A stretch of 64,000 bases of DNA from an uncultured Clostridia bacterium (lineage in GTDB: Bacteria > Bacillota > Clostridia > TANB77 > CAG-508): assembly GCA_944388705.1 (NCBI GenBank), contig CALXJU010000001.1, forward strand, positions 14,674-78,673, given 5' to 3'. The notes below the pieces were generated by a model. It saw nothing but the letters and a program-made list of their open reading frames with translations, did not search any database and was not told the DNA's origin. Positions within the stretch are counted from its first letter, which is position 1. Every line of letters begins with the position of its first letter. This document shows, one piece after another, positions 40,194-52,800 of the stretch. A program made the translations under genes and the position numbers.

Positions 40194-41123
40194 ATGAAAA
40201 ATGCAATTGATATGTTAATAGAAAAGATAAAAGAAACTAAAAATCCAACAGTAATAGGATTAGACCCAAGATATGAAATGTTACCAAAAATAGTAACAGA
40301 TAAATATCCTCAAAATTTAGAAGGAGTTGGAAAAGCAATAATAGAATACAATAAAAACATAATAGATGAAATATGTGACATAATACCTGCAATAAAGCCA
40401 CAAATAGCGTTTTATGAAATGTATGGAATTCCAGGGATGGAAGCATTTGCAGAAACATGTAAATATGCAAAACAAAAAGGGATGATAGTAATAGCAGATA
40501 TTAAAAGAGGAGATATAGGTTCAACAGCACAAGGGTATTCAAATGCGTATTTAGGAAAAACAAAAATAGGCGAAAAAGAAGAATCTTTATATGACATAGA
40601 TTTTGTTACAGTAAATCCATACATGGGAACAGATTGTGTAAAACCATTTGTAGAAGATTGTAAAAAATATAATAAAGGATTATTTGTTTTAGTAAAAACA
40701 TCAAACCCATCATCAGGAGAATTACAAGACGAAAGACTTGAAAATGGAGAAGAAGTTTACACAAGAGTTGCAAAACTTGTGGAAAACTGGGGCGAAAATT
40801 TGAGAGGAGAGTACAATTATAGTAGTATATCAGCAGTTGTTGGAGCAACTTATCCACAACAATTACAAGAAATAAGAAGAATTGCACCACATACTTATTT
40901 CTTAATTCCTGGTTATGGAGCACAAGGTGGAAATGCAGAAGACATCGCATTAGGATTTGATGAAAACGGATTAGGTGGAATAGTAAATGCTTCAAGAAGT
41001 CTAATGTGTGCATATAGAGCAGAAATGTGGAAAAATAAGTTTGAAGAAAAAGATTATGCAAAAGCAACTAGAGCAGAAGCTATAAGAATGAGAGACGAAT
41101 TAAATAATGCAATTAATAAATAA
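40194..41123 (+). CDS. pyrF: orotidine 5'-phosphate decarboxylase (long type 2 form)
   Basis: VIADIKRGDIGST DxKxxD active-site motif; 309 aa. Confidence 0.85.
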   Translation: MKNAIDMLIEKIKETKNPTVIGLDPRYEMLPKIVTDKYPQNLEGVGKAIIEYNKNIIDEICDIIPAIKPQIAFYEMYGIPGMEAFAETCKYAKQKGMIVIADIKRGDIGSTAQGYSNAYLGKTKIGEKEESLYDIDFVTVNPYMGTDCVKPFVEDCKKYNKGLFVLVKTSNPSSGELQDERLENGEEVYTRVAKLVENWGENLRGEYNYSSISAVVGATYPQQLQEIRRIAPHTYFLIPGYGAQGGNAEDIALGFDENGLGGIVNASRSLMCAYRAEMWKNKFEEKDYAKATRAEAIRMRDELNNAINK

Positions 41124-41148
41124 AAATTATTAATAGGAGGATAATAAA

Positions 41149-41940
41149 ATGCCAGTTAATATAAAAGCAAAATTAATAAGTAAAGAACAATTAAAACCAG
41201 ATATATTCAAATATAGTGTAAAAGCAGATGAAATTACAAGTGTTGCAAAACCAGGACAATTTATTGAAATAAGAGTAAATAATGATATTGAACCATTTTT
41301 AAGAAGACCAATAAGCATTTATAATATGAAAAAAGAAGAAGGAATATTAGAATTTATATTTCAAGTAAAAGGTAAAGGAACAAAAATATTATCAGAAAGA
41401 AGAGAAGGAGAAGAAATAGATATAGTTGGACCATTAGGATATGGACCATTCAAAATTTCTAATTATCAAAATATTGCAGTAATAGGTGGAGGAATAGGAG
41501 TATTTCCATTATATGAATTATCAAAAAATGCAAAAAAAGAAAACAAAAATGTAAATATATATTTAGGATTTAGAAATAAAGATTTAGTGGTATTAGAAGA
41601 GGAATTCAAAGGAGTATCAGACAAATTAGTTATAACAACAGATGATGGAAGTTATGCTGAAAAAGGATTTGCAATAGATTTTATGAAAAAAGATATTGAA
41701 GAAAAGAAAGTAGATTGTATATTTGCATGTGGACCATTACCAATGTTAAAAGCAGTAAGAGAATATGCAATTGAAAATAATATACCTTGTCAAATTTCAT
41801 TGGAAGAAAAGATGGCTTGTGGATTAGGAGTATGTTTGGGATGTGCAGTAAAAACAACTAAAAGCTCAAAAGAAAATCCAGAATATTGGCATGTATGTAA
41901 AGCAGGTCCAGTATTTCAAGCAAAAGATGTAGAAATATAG
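41149..41940 (+). CDS. pyrK: dihydroorotate dehydrogenase electron-transfer subunit
   Basis: FAD/NAD-binding RRPISIYN; C-terminal 2Fe-2S cysteines MACGLGVCLGCAV. Confidence 0.85.
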   Translation: MPVNIKAKLISKEQLKPDIFKYSVKADEITSVAKPGQFIEIRVNNDIEPFLRRPISIYNMKKEEGILEFIFQVKGKGTKILSERREGEEIDIVGPLGYGPFKISNYQNIAVIGGGIGVFPLYELSKNAKKENKNVNIYLGFRNKDLVVLEEEFKGVSDKLVITTDDGSYAEKGFAIDFMKKDIEEKKVDCIFACGPLPMLKAVREYAIENNIPCQISLEEKMACGLGVCLGCAVKTTKSSKENPEYWHVCKAGPVFQAKDVEI

Positions 41941-41953
41941 GAGGTAATAAAAA

Positions 41954-42862
41954 ATGAATACAAAAATTAATTTTGCAGGAATTGAAATGAAAAATCCAGT
42001 TACAGTTGCTTCAGGAACGTTTGGATATGGTAGAGAATTTAGCGATTTCTTTGATTTAAGCAAATTAGGAGGAATAATAACAAAAGGTACTTCTTTAAAA
42101 CCAAGAAGCGGAAATAAACCACCAAGAGTATGTGAAACAGCAAGTGGAATGCTAAATAGCATAGGACTTCAAAATCCAGGTGTAGAATATTTTGCACAAA
42201 ATGACCTTCCATTTTTAAGAAAATTTGATACAGCAGTTATTGTTAATGCATGTGGAAGCAGTATAGATGAATATGTAGAACTATGTAAAGTATTAAATAC
42301 ATTAGATATAGATGGCGTTGAATTAAATCTTTCATGTCCTAATGTTAAAGCAGGTTGCATGGCATTTGGAAATACATATGAAGGTGTAAAAGAGGTTACA
42401 AGCCAAGTTAGAAAAGTATTAGATAAGCCACTTATAGTAAAATTAACACCAAATGTAACAAATATAGCAGAAATAGCAAAAGCAGTTGAAGATGCAGGAG
42501 CAGACGGAGTTTCTTTAATTAATACATTACTTGGAATGAAAATTGATATTCATAAAAGAAAACCTGTACTTGCAAATAATACAGGTGGACTTTCAGGACC
42601 AGCGATTAAACCAGTTGCAGTTCGTATGGTTTATCAAGTTGCACAAGCTGTTAATATTCCAATCATAGGAATGGGCGGAATTGTTAATGGAGAAGATGCT
42701 ATAGAATTTATGCTTGCAGGTGCAAAAGCAGTTTCTATTGGAGCAGGTAATTTTATAAAACCTACAACAAGCATTGAGACAATTTCTCAAATTGAAGATT
42801 ATATGAAAAAATATAATATTCAAGATATTAACGAAATAATCGGAAAAGTTGAAATGAATTAG
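41954..42862 (+). CDS. pyrD: dihydroorotate dehydrogenase catalytic subunit (class 1B)
   Basis: GTFGYGREF...NSIGLQNPG...NLSCPN, typical of PyrD 1B. Confidence 0.9.
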   Translation: MNTKINFAGIEMKNPVTVASGTFGYGREFSDFFDLSKLGGIITKGTSLKPRSGNKPPRVCETASGMLNSIGLQNPGVEYFAQNDLPFLRKFDTAVIVNACGSSIDEYVELCKVLNTLDIDGVELNLSCPNVKAGCMAFGNTYEGVKEVTSQVRKVLDKPLIVKLTPNVTNIAEIAKAVEDAGADGVSLINTLLGMKIDIHKRKPVLANNTGGLSGPAIKPVAVRMVYQVAQAVNIPIIGMGGIVNGEDAIEFMLAGAKAVSIGAGNFIKPTTSIETISQIEDYMKKYNIQDINEIIGKVEMN

Positions 42863-42866
42863 TATA

Positions 42867-42900
42867 AAACAGGTTATTTTTCAGAATAACCTGTTTTTTT
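42867..42900 (+). terminator. rho-independent terminator of the pyr operon
   Basis: aaacaggttatt-tttcag-aataacctgttt followed by a T-run. Confidence 0.7.
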
Positions 42901-42953
42901 CGCTAAACTACTTGAAAAATTTGAAAATTCACAGTATAATAAATAGGTAATAT

Positions 42954-43030
<77 letters not shown>

Positions 43031-43212
43031 TATTACATTTTTATCATTATTTTTAAATTATTAGATTATATTTATTAAAAAATTTATTCAAAATTTGTTT
43101 TCAAATATATTTCCAGTATATATATTAGAGAAAATATAACTAAAGATAAAATTGCATTGTGATTTATTTGACTTTGCAATATAGTGCAAAATATTATAGA
43201 GGAGTGATATAT

Positions 43213-44058
43213 ATGATAAAATTAGAGAAAAGTGAAAATTATAATAATCAAACTTTTGAAGATATTAAACATATTAATGAGGATGGAATTGAATATTGGT
43301 ATGCAAGAGAATTACAAAAAGTTTTAAATTATAAGGAATGGAGAAAATTTGAAAATGTAATAAATAAAGCAAAAGAAGCATGCAAAAATACTGATGTGAG
43401 TGTGTTTAAGCATTTTGTCGACGTCGACAAGTTGTCAAAACGTGCCAATAATGCGGAAGTTGTGATAAAAGACTATAAACTAACACGTTATGCTTGTTAT
43501 TTAATAGCACAAAATGGAGACAGTAGAAAAAAAGTAATAGCACTTGCACAAACATATTTTGCAGTTCAAACTAGAAAACAAGAAATTAGCGAAAAAGAAT
43601 ATAGTTCGTTAACAGAAGATGAAAAAAGATTTTATCAAAGAGATCTTACAAGAAAAGGAAATTATTCTCTTAATCAAACAGCTAAAAAAGCAGGAGTTAA
43701 AAATTTTGATAAATTTCATAATTATGGATATAAAGGATTATATAATGGAGAAAGTGCTGATGATATTGCAAAAAGAAAAGGTTTAAGATACAGAGAAGAT
43801 ATTTTAGACAACATGGGAAGTGATGAACTTATAGCAAATTTATTTAGAATTTCCCAAACAGAGCAAAAATTAAAAAAAGATAATATACAAACTGAAAAAG
43901 AAGCTAATAAAACTCATTATAATATAGGCAAGAATATAAGAGAAGTAATTGCGAAAAATGGTGGAACTATGCCAGAAGAATTACCTACACCTAAAAAGAG
44001 TTTGAAACAATTAGAAAAGGAAGATAAAAAAATGTTAAATAGAATAAATAGCATATGA
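43213..44058 (+). CDS. DinD/RhuM-family protein (DNA-damage-inducible protein D-like)
   Basis: EDIKHINEDGIEYWYARELQKVLNYKEWRKFENVINKAKEAC...KHFVDV...YKLTRYACYLIAQNGD matches the DinD/RhuM N-terminal signature. Confidence 0.6.
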   Translation: MIKLEKSENYNNQTFEDIKHINEDGIEYWYARELQKVLNYKEWRKFENVINKAKEACKNTDVSVFKHFVDVDKLSKRANNAEVVIKDYKLTRYACYLIAQNGDSRKKVIALAQTYFAVQTRKQEISEKEYSSLTEDEKRFYQRDLTRKGNYSLNQTAKKAGVKNFDKFHNYGYKGLYNGESADDIAKRKGLRYREDILDNMGSDELIANLFRISQTEQKLKKDNIQTEKEANKTHYNIGKNIREVIAKNGGTMPEELPTPKKSLKQLEKEDKKMLNRINSI

Positions 44059-44388
44059 AAAATAAACCTGTTAGATAAGAATGACGATTTTGAAATAAAT
44101 TACTTAAAATATTGAATATTTCAAGATTGTATAGTATATTATTTTCATAATTTAATTATCTTGCAATCGCAAGTTAAAGATTTATTATTTTTTATTTACA
44201 AACTAAATCATTTTTTGGGGCATTTTCTCATTTCTTTACTTAAGACATTATCACATTTCTTTCATACTAGACTTAAAAAATTTTGAAAAATATTTGACAT
44301 TTTCTAAATAATTTATTCTAATAATTATAGAAGACAGATACCACAGAAATGTGGCATGTCTGGTTAAGAATATATTAAGAATACATCT

Positions 44389-44517
44389 CTAACGGTCAAG
44401 CAGAGATGTGTTTTTTTCGTTGTCTAATTTTCTTACTGTAACAACGAGTGCCACAAATAAGGCAATAGCGACAACAGTTACTATTGCAAGTTCAATAATA
44501 TGTAGTACATAGGACAT
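44389..44517 (-). CDS. 42-aa hydrophobic peptide MSYVLHIIELAIVTVVAIALFVALVVTVRKLDNEKNTSLLDR (holin-like/type I toxin-like)
   Basis: Single predicted TM helix followed by a charged tail. Not in the ORF track (<60 aa). Preceded on the same strand by a 44-aa ORF (44543-44677) and a hairpin. Confidence 0.4.
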   Translation of the reverse strand: MSYVLHIIELAIVTVVAIALFVALVVTVRKLDNEKNTSLLDR

Positions 44518-44785
44518 ACAAAAAAGACTAACAAAAGTTAGTCTAGTATTTTTTTAATGTATCTTCTAAAACATAAGAAACTGGTAAAATACTTTCATTG
44601 TCAGTAAACATTTGGAAATCGGTTTTATTCTGTTTATCTCTGTAAACAGATATAGTAATAGTACCTATCTTTTCCATACAAACACCTCTTTTCTTTTGTG
44701 CACAAGAAGATACTAACACATAAACAAGAAAATGTCAAATATTGTAATTGAAAGAGGAACATTAATTAACATAACAAAAAACTTA

Positions 44786-44814
44786 TTGACTTTTACTTTT
44801 AAAATAAATATAAT
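44786..44814 (+). promoter_or_regulatory. consensus sigma-A promoter TTGACT-17-TATAAT for zupT
   Basis: -35 at 44786-44791, -10 at 44809-44814. Confidence 0.6.
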
Positions 44815-44827
44815 GTCATTGGAGATG

Positions 44828-45610
44828 ATGAGTATGAATACAGCAATAGGTTTGTTAATTCCTTTTTTAGGAACTACACTAGGAGCCGCAATGGTATTTT
44901 TTATGAAAAAAGAAATTAATATAAAAGTAAAAAAATTACTTTTAGGATTTGCGGCAGGAGTTATGATTTCAGCATCTATTTGGTCTCTTTTGATACCAGC
45001 AATAGATATGACAGAAGAACAAGGAAAAATAGGCTGGATTCCAGCGTCTATAGGATTTATAATTGGAATATTATTCCTATTATTATTGGATAATTTGATA
45101 CCACATTTACATATTGAGGGAAATAAAACAGAAGGAATTAAAGTTAAATTTAAGAAAACTACAATGATGTTGTTAGCAGTAATACTTCATAATATACCAG
45201 AAGGAATGACAATAGGAGTAGTATATGCAGGAGTTTTAGCACAAAATGCAGGAATAACTTTAGCAGGTGCAGTTGCTCTTTCATTAGGAATAGCAATACA
45301 AAATTTTCCAGAAGGAGCTATTATTTCAATGCCATTAAAAAGTGAAGGGGTATCAAAAACAAAAGCATTTCTATATGGAACATTATCAGGAATAGTTGAG
45401 CCAGTTGCAGCATTAATAACAATACTTTTAACAAATGCAGTACTACCAATTCTACCATATCTATTATCATTTGCAGCAGGTGCAATGATATATGTAGTAG
45501 TAGAAGAATTAATACCAGATGCACATGCTGGAGAACACTCAAATATTGGAACAATAGGAGTAGCTATTGGATTTGTTATAATGATGATATTAGATATTTC
45601 TTTAGGGTAA
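44828..45610 (+). CDS. zupT: ZIP-family zinc/metal transporter
   Basis: HNIPEGMTIGV and QNFPEGAIISMP ZIP signatures, multiple TM helices. Confidence 0.85.
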   Translation: MSMNTAIGLLIPFLGTTLGAAMVFFMKKEINIKVKKLLLGFAAGVMISASIWSLLIPAIDMTEEQGKIGWIPASIGFIIGILFLLLLDNLIPHLHIEGNKTEGIKVKFKKTTMMLLAVILHNIPEGMTIGVVYAGVLAQNAGITLAGAVALSLGIAIQNFPEGAIISMPLKSEGVSKTKAFLYGTLSGIVEPVAALITILLTNAVLPILPYLLSFAAGAMIYVVVEELIPDAHAGEHSNIGTIGVAIGFVIMMILDISLG

Positions 45611-45626
45611 GAACAATAATTTAAAA

Positions 45627-46748
45627 TTATTTTTTAGTTAATACAATATCAAAAGTTCTAGTAACATATCCTCTGCTGATATTAATTGAAATAGTATCAC
45701 CAGGGGATTTACTATAAATAAATTCTTTAAGTTCAATCATATTATTAATAACTTTTCCATCAATAGAAGTAATAATATCACCTGTTTGAATACCACTAGA
45801 AATAGCAGGACTATTACTATCAATATGAACAACATATATTCCAGAAGAGAAATTAGGAGTAGTGGCAATATAAGGTATAACTTCTTTATCATAAGCATAG
45901 ATACCAAGAAAAGGTTCATCAAATTTATTATTATTGATAAATTTTTCTATAACAGGTTTAACAACATTAATAGGAACAGCAAAACCAATACCTTCTGCAG
46001 AAGTAATTTTAACAGTATTTACGGCGATTACTTCACCATTAGGTAAAATTAGAGGACCACCACTATTACCAGGATTAATAGAAGCATCTGTTTGAATTAA
46101 ATCAGTCATATAAGAAACATTATTATCTTCTTCAATTTTTATAGTTCTATTAGTTGCACTAATAATACCAGAAGTAATAGTACGTCTAAATTCATAGCCA
46201 ATTGGATTTCCAATAGCATAAACAGTTTCACCAGATTTTGCTAAAGAAGAATCACCAATAGTAGCGTAAGGTAAATTAGTGGCATTAATTTTTGTAATAG
46301 ACAAATCTAAATCAACATCACACCAAACAACTGAACCATCATATGTATAACCATTTTCTAAAGTAATATAACAAGTACTAAGTTCTTCGCCAGTAACATG
46401 GCAATTACTTAAAATATAACCATTACTAGAAACAATAATTCCTGTTCCAAGACCAAGTTCACTAATAGAATTATTAGAAAATATAGAATTTGAGCGAGAT
46501 TTGATTTTAGAAATACCAACAACACTTTGTGAAACTTTTTCTAACATATCTGCGACAGAATTACTGTTTTGGATAGCATTTTCCACAGTTTCTGAATTAA
46601 TTGTGGAACCAGTACGTTTAATTTCATATTCAGGTGTAATAGCAATATTAATATATGTATCATATAAAAAATATCCTATTACTGATAATAAAATCACAGC
46701 AACAATGCTAAAAATAAAATTTCTAATTTTATGACTTTTTTTATACAT
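45627..46748 (-). CDS. membrane-anchored HtrA/DegP-like S1C serine protease with PDZ domain
   Basis: N-terminal TM, catalytic SNCHVTG (His) and NPGNSGGPL (Ser), C-terminal PDZ (GIQTGDIITSIDGKVI). Confidence 0.85.
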   Translation of the reverse strand: MYKKSHKIRNFIFSIVAVILLSVIGYFLYDTYINIAITPEYEIKRTGSTINSETVENAIQNSNSVADMLEKVSQSVVGISKIKSRSNSIFSNNSISELGLGTGIIVSSNGYILSNCHVTGEELSTCYITLENGYTYDGSVVWCDVDLDLSITKINATNLPYATIGDSSLAKSGETVYAIGNPIGYEFRRTITSGIISATNRTIKIEEDNNVSYMTDLIQTDASINPGNSGGPLILPNGEVIAVNTVKITSAEGIGFAVPINVVKPVIEKFINNNKFDEPFLGIYAYDKEVIPYIATTPNFSSGIYVVHIDSNSPAISSGIQTGDIITSIDGKVINNMIELKEFIYSKSPGDTISINISRGYVTRTFDIVLTKK

Positions 46749-46825
46749 ATACTCAACTCCAATTAAAATAATTTGTTTAAGTATGTGATAAAAACATAAA
46801 AAATAATCATAATTTTCAAAAAAAA

Positions 46826-46854
46826 TTGCAAAATATGTAAAAAAATGATATACT
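46826..46854 (+). promoter_or_regulatory. putative promoter TTGCAA-17-TATACT upstream of the NRPS gene
   Basis: -35 at 46826-46831, -10 at 46849-46854, about 35 nt before the NRPS RBS AGGAGAGAAGG. Confidence 0.45.
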
Positions 46855-46888
46855 TGTAAATAGAATATTGAATTAGAAGGAGAGAAGG

Positions 46889-49800
46889 ATGTTAGAAGAA
46901 TTAACTCAAGCTCAAAAAAGCATTTGGCTTACTGAGAAATATTATCAAGGAACAAGTGTAAACACAATATGTGGAACAGCGATAATTGAAGAAAAAGTTG
47001 ATTTTGTAAAATTAAAAAAAGCTATTGAAATAGTATGTCAGAAATATGACATTTTTAAATTGTGTTTTAAAATAGTAGAAGGAGAAATAAAACAAGAACT
47101 ATCTGAAAAAAATAATTTCAAGATAGAAATTATTAATGTTGCAAATTTACAAGAATTAGAAAAAGTAAGAAAGAAAATAATAGAAAAACCTTTAGAAATA
47201 GAAAGTTCAGAACTATCTCAATTTTATATCGTTAAATTTGACAATGGCGAAGGAGCATTTATAGCAAATATCCACCATATAATTTCTGATGCGTGGACAT
47301 TAGCCATTGTGTGTAAAGAAATAATTCAAATATATTCAAATCTAAAAAATAATCAAGAAATAGAAACAAAAGCTAAATATTCATATATAGAACATATTAA
47401 TTCAGAAAAAGAATATATCAAAAGTGAAAAATTCCAAAAAGACAAAAAATACTGGGAAGAAAAATTTGAAAAAATTCCAGAAGTAGCAGTAATACCAGGA
47501 AGCAAAAATGAAATAGAAAATAACATAAAAGGAAACAGAAAACAATTTACAATAGATAAAAATATAATAGAAAAAGTAAAAAAATACTGTAAAGAAAATA
47601 GTATATCACTATTTAATTTCTTTATGGCAACTTTTGGTATATATATTTCTGAGATTTCGAATTTAGATGAATTTGTAATAGGAACACCAATATTAAATAG
47701 AACAAATTATAAAGAAAAAAGTGCAATGGGAATGTTTATTAATACTGCACCATTAAAAATTAATTTAAATGGAGTAGAAGATTTCAAAACATTTGTAAAA
47801 AATATAGCAATAGACTCATTAAATATGCTAAAACACCAAAAATATTCATATCAGTCATTATTAGAAAATTTGAGAGAAAAAGACAGAAATATCCCAAATT
47901 TGTATAATATATTGTTATCATATCAAATAACTGATACAACATTAAAAGATGAAGATATAAAATATAGGTCAGAATGGACATTTAATGGATATTGTCCTGA
48001 TAATATGCAAATACATATATATGATTTTAATGATACAGATAATTTTAATATAGCATATGATTATAGAACAAGTATTTATGATGAAAAAGATATAGAACAA
48101 TTACATGATAGAATAAAACATGTAATAAGACAAGTTATTTCTGAAGAAAATATTAAAATTAAAGATATAGAAATTGTAACACCAGAAGAAAAAGAAAAAT
48201 TAGTAATAGATTTTAACAAAACACAATTAGAATATGATAAAACAAAGCCAATAATAAAATATTTTGAAGAACAAGTAGAAAAAACTCCAGAAGAAGTAGC
48301 AATGGTATTTGAAAATAAAAAATTAACATATAAAGAATTAAACGAAAAAGCAAATAGTTTAGCACATAAACTAAGAGAAGAAGGAATAACAAATAATTCA
48401 ATTGTAGGAATTATGAAAGAGCGTTCATTTGAAATAATAATAGCAATAATAGCAGTGCTAAAGGCAGGAGGAAGTTATATTCCAATTGCACCAGATTATC
48501 CTGATGATAGAATTAATTATATGTTAGAAGATAGTCATGCACAAATTGTGTTAGTAGGAAAAAAGCAACTATCAAGAATAAAAGAAGGACAAAAAGCAAT
48601 AAATATAGATTTATCAAATAAAGAAATATATGATTATAATAAGGAAAATATAGAAAATATTTCAAAACCAGAAGATTTATCATATTTAATATATACATCT
48701 GGTTCAACAGGAATACCAAAAGGTGTAATGTTGAAACAACAAAATTTAAGTAATTTTTATAATGCCATGAAGTCAACAATCAAATATTTAAATGATGGAA
48801 ACAAACATAAAATAATATCAATAACAACATTATCATTTGATATATTTGGATTTGAAACACTAATGTCTTTAACAAGAGGATTAACATTATATATGACAAA
48901 TGAAAATGAACAAAAAATAACTTCAAAACTAGAAAAAATAATAAAAGAAAATGGTATAGAAATAATACAAACAACACCATCTGTAATGAAATTTCATTTG
49001 GATAATATAGAAGATATAAAAGATTTATCTAGTCTAAAATATGTAATCCTTGCAGGAGAACAATTACCAAAAACACTAGTAGATAGATTAAAAAAAGATA
49101 TACCAGGAGTAACAATATATAATGGATATGGACCATCAGAAACAACAATATTTTCAACAATAACAGATGTGACAAATTTAGAAAAAGTAACAATAGGTAA
49201 TCCTATAGCAAATACACAAATATATATATTAAATAAAAATAAAAAATTAGTACCACAAGGAACAATTGGAGAAATATATATAGCTGGAGATGGTGTTGGA
49301 AAAGGATACATGAACAAAAAAGAACAGACAGAAAAATCATATTTAAAAAATCCATTTATAGAAAATTCTATAATGTATAAGTCAGGAGATTTAGGTTCAT
49401 TTGATTCAAAAGGAAAAATTACTTGTTATGGAAGAATTGATAATCAAGTAAAGATAAATGGATTAAGAATAGAACTTTCTGAAATCGAAAAGTTGATGTT
49501 ATCAATATATAATATATCAGATTGTGTTGTAATAAAAAAACATATAAATGATAGAGATGCTTTATGTGCATATTATACACAAAAAGGACATGTTGAAGAA
49601 GAAATAATAAAAACTGTATTAAAAAATAAATTACCACAATATATGATACCACAATATTTTATAAAAATAAATCAAATGCCACATACACCAAATGGAAAAA
49701 TAGACAAAAAACTATTACCAGAACCTAGTATTCAAGAAAATGATAAACAAATTATAAAAATAAGAAATCAAATAGATGAAGAATTAATCAAAATGATTAA

Positions 49801-52800
49801 AAAAATGTTATATGTAGAAAATATTAGTTTATCAGATACTTTACTTGATTTAGGGGGAGATTCATTAACTGCAATTACATTATCAACTAAGATATTATCT
49901 AAATTTAATGTGCAAGTTAATATAAAAGACATATTATCAAATTATACTATAAAAGATATATCAGATTTTATAAGAGATAATCAATCAAAAATTAGTGCAA
50001 AAATAAAAATAGAAAAAGCTCCAAAACAAGAATTATATCCATTATCAACAGCACAAAAAAGGATATATTATAATTCTAAAATGATAGGAGACGAAAATAT
50101 TGTTTACAATTTACCTGGAGCTGTAATTGTTGATGAAATATTGAATAAAGAAAAAGTTAATAATATATTTAAAAAGATAATAGAAAGACATGAAATACTT
50201 AGAACATCTTTTGTAATAAAAGATGATAATGTAATGCAAAAAATACAAGAAAATATAGATTTTAATATACAAACATATCAAAATACTGAAAAAGAACAAC
50301 AAAAGATAATGGAAGAATTTTCAAAGCCATTTAACTTAGAAAAAGCTCCATTATTAAGAGTAGAACTACATTATTTAGATAATAAAAAGACTTTATTATT
50401 ACTAGAAACACATCATATAGTAATGGATGGAACTGGATTAAATAATTTAATAATAGAATTTAATAGATTATATAATGGAGAAAATTTAAAAAGAATCCCA
50501 ATACAATATAAAGATTATGCAGTATGGGAAAACAAATTTAATGAAAGTGAAAATGTAAAAAAATATGAACAATATTGGGTAAATAAATTTAAAGATTGTG
50601 AATTTTCACAATTAAATTTACCATATGATTATAAAATATCAGCAAATAGAAATTATAATGGAAACAAAGTAATAAATGTAGTAGATGAACATAAATTTAA
50701 AAAAATAGAAAGATATGCTAAGAAAAAAGGAGTATCACCATATATATTATTTATATCTGCATTTTTCGTATTATTATATAAATATACTGGACAAGAAGAA
50801 ATTGTCTTAGGAAGTCCATTTGCAAATAGAAATATAAATGAAACGAAAAGAATGATAGGAATGTTTGTAAATAATATTGTTGTAAAAGGAAAAATAAAAT
50901 CAGAGGCAACATTCCAAGAATTTTTAAATGAAATAAAAGAACAAGTGTTAGATGACTTATCTAATCAGCCATATCCTTTTGATAGTTTAGTAAAAAAACT
51001 CGGAGTTACAGGCGATAACTCAAGAAATCCATTATTTGATATAATGTTTACATATCAAAATAAAGAAGAAAATATTATAAAATTACATGAAAAAGAAGTA
51101 CAAATAATAGAAATAAATAATAATATAGCAAAATTCAATTTATCATTAGAAATAAAGCCTAAAACACATTCAATTAATATTGAATATAATACAGATTTAT
51201 TTAAAGAGATAACAATAAAAAGTATATTTGAACATTATATGTACATTTTAGAACAAATAATGAATAACATTAATATTAAAATTAATGACGTAGATATGAT
51301 TACTGAAAATGAAAGTAAAATATTAGATAGGTTTAATAATACAGAAGGAGAAATAAATAATGATACAACAGCATTTTTAATAGAACAACAGGTAATCAAA
51401 AATCCGGATAATATAGCAGTTATATGTGAAGATAAATCAATAACATATGGAGAATTAGATAAAAAAGCAAATAGCTTAGCAAACTATTTAATAAAAAAAG
51501 GAATAAAAAATAATGATATAGTATGTATAATGACAAATAGGTCAATAGAGACAATTGTTGCAATGTATGCTATATTGAAAGCAGGAGGAGCATTTTTAAA
51601 TATAGATCCTACATATCCAATTGATAGAACGAAATATTATATAGAAAATAGTAAAACACAGTATGTACTAGTACAAAGAGAATTAAAAGAATTGGTAAGA
51701 GAAATCCCAAATTGTATAGAAATAGATTTAGAAAATAATCCAATATATGACTCAAATTTTGAAAAGCCACAAGTAGATATAAAAATGGATGATTTATCAT
51801 ATATAATATATACATCTGGTTCAACAGGTGTTCCAAAAGGTGTAATGCTAGAACAAGTGGGGTTAACAAATATGGCAAAAGCAATGACAAAAGCATTAGA
51901 CTACTTACATGATGGTAAAATACATACATTGTTATCAGTAACATCAACACCATTTGATATATTTGTTTATGAAATAATAGTATCATTAACACATGGACAA
52001 AGAATAGTTATGGCAAATAATGCAGAACATAGAAATCCAAAACTACTAGAAAAATTAATGAAAAAATATAACACAGATGTAATGACAGTAACACCAAGTT
52101 TAATGAAAATCATATATGATAATAGAGAAAAAGAAACATCATTAGGTTTAGTAAAAAATATGGTTTTTGGAGGAGAACCATTACCAGAAAAATTTGTAAA
52201 GGATTTAAAAGCACTTGCAAATGATATAACAGTATTCAATATATATGGACCAAGTGAAATAACAGTATTGTCAAATGTACAAAATTTAAATGGTGAAACA
52301 GAAATCACAACAGGTCCACCTATAATGAATACACAAATTCATATATTAGATAAAAATCTAAACCGAGTCCCAATAGGTGTTGTTGGAGAAATATATATAT
52401 CTGGAGTTCAAGTAGGAAAAGGATATCTAGGAAAACCAGAACTAACAAGTGAAAAATTCTTACCAAACAAATTTGGAAAAGGTAAAATGTATAAATCTGG
52501 AGATATAGGAAGATGGACATTTGAAGGAAAAGTTCAATGCTTAGGTAGAATAGACCATCAAATAAAGCTTAGAGGATTAAGAATTGAACTAGGAGAAATA
52601 GAAAGTAAAATGGAGCAATATCCGGGTATATCAGCAGCAGTAGTAAATAAAGTCAATGTAGAAGATAAAGAAAGTTTATGTGGATATTATGTTACAGAAG
52701 AACAAGCAAAAGTTGAAGAAGCAGAAGTAAAAAGCTATTTAAGAAAATACTTGCCACAATATATGGTACCAAGCTACATTGTACATTTAGAAAAAATGCC

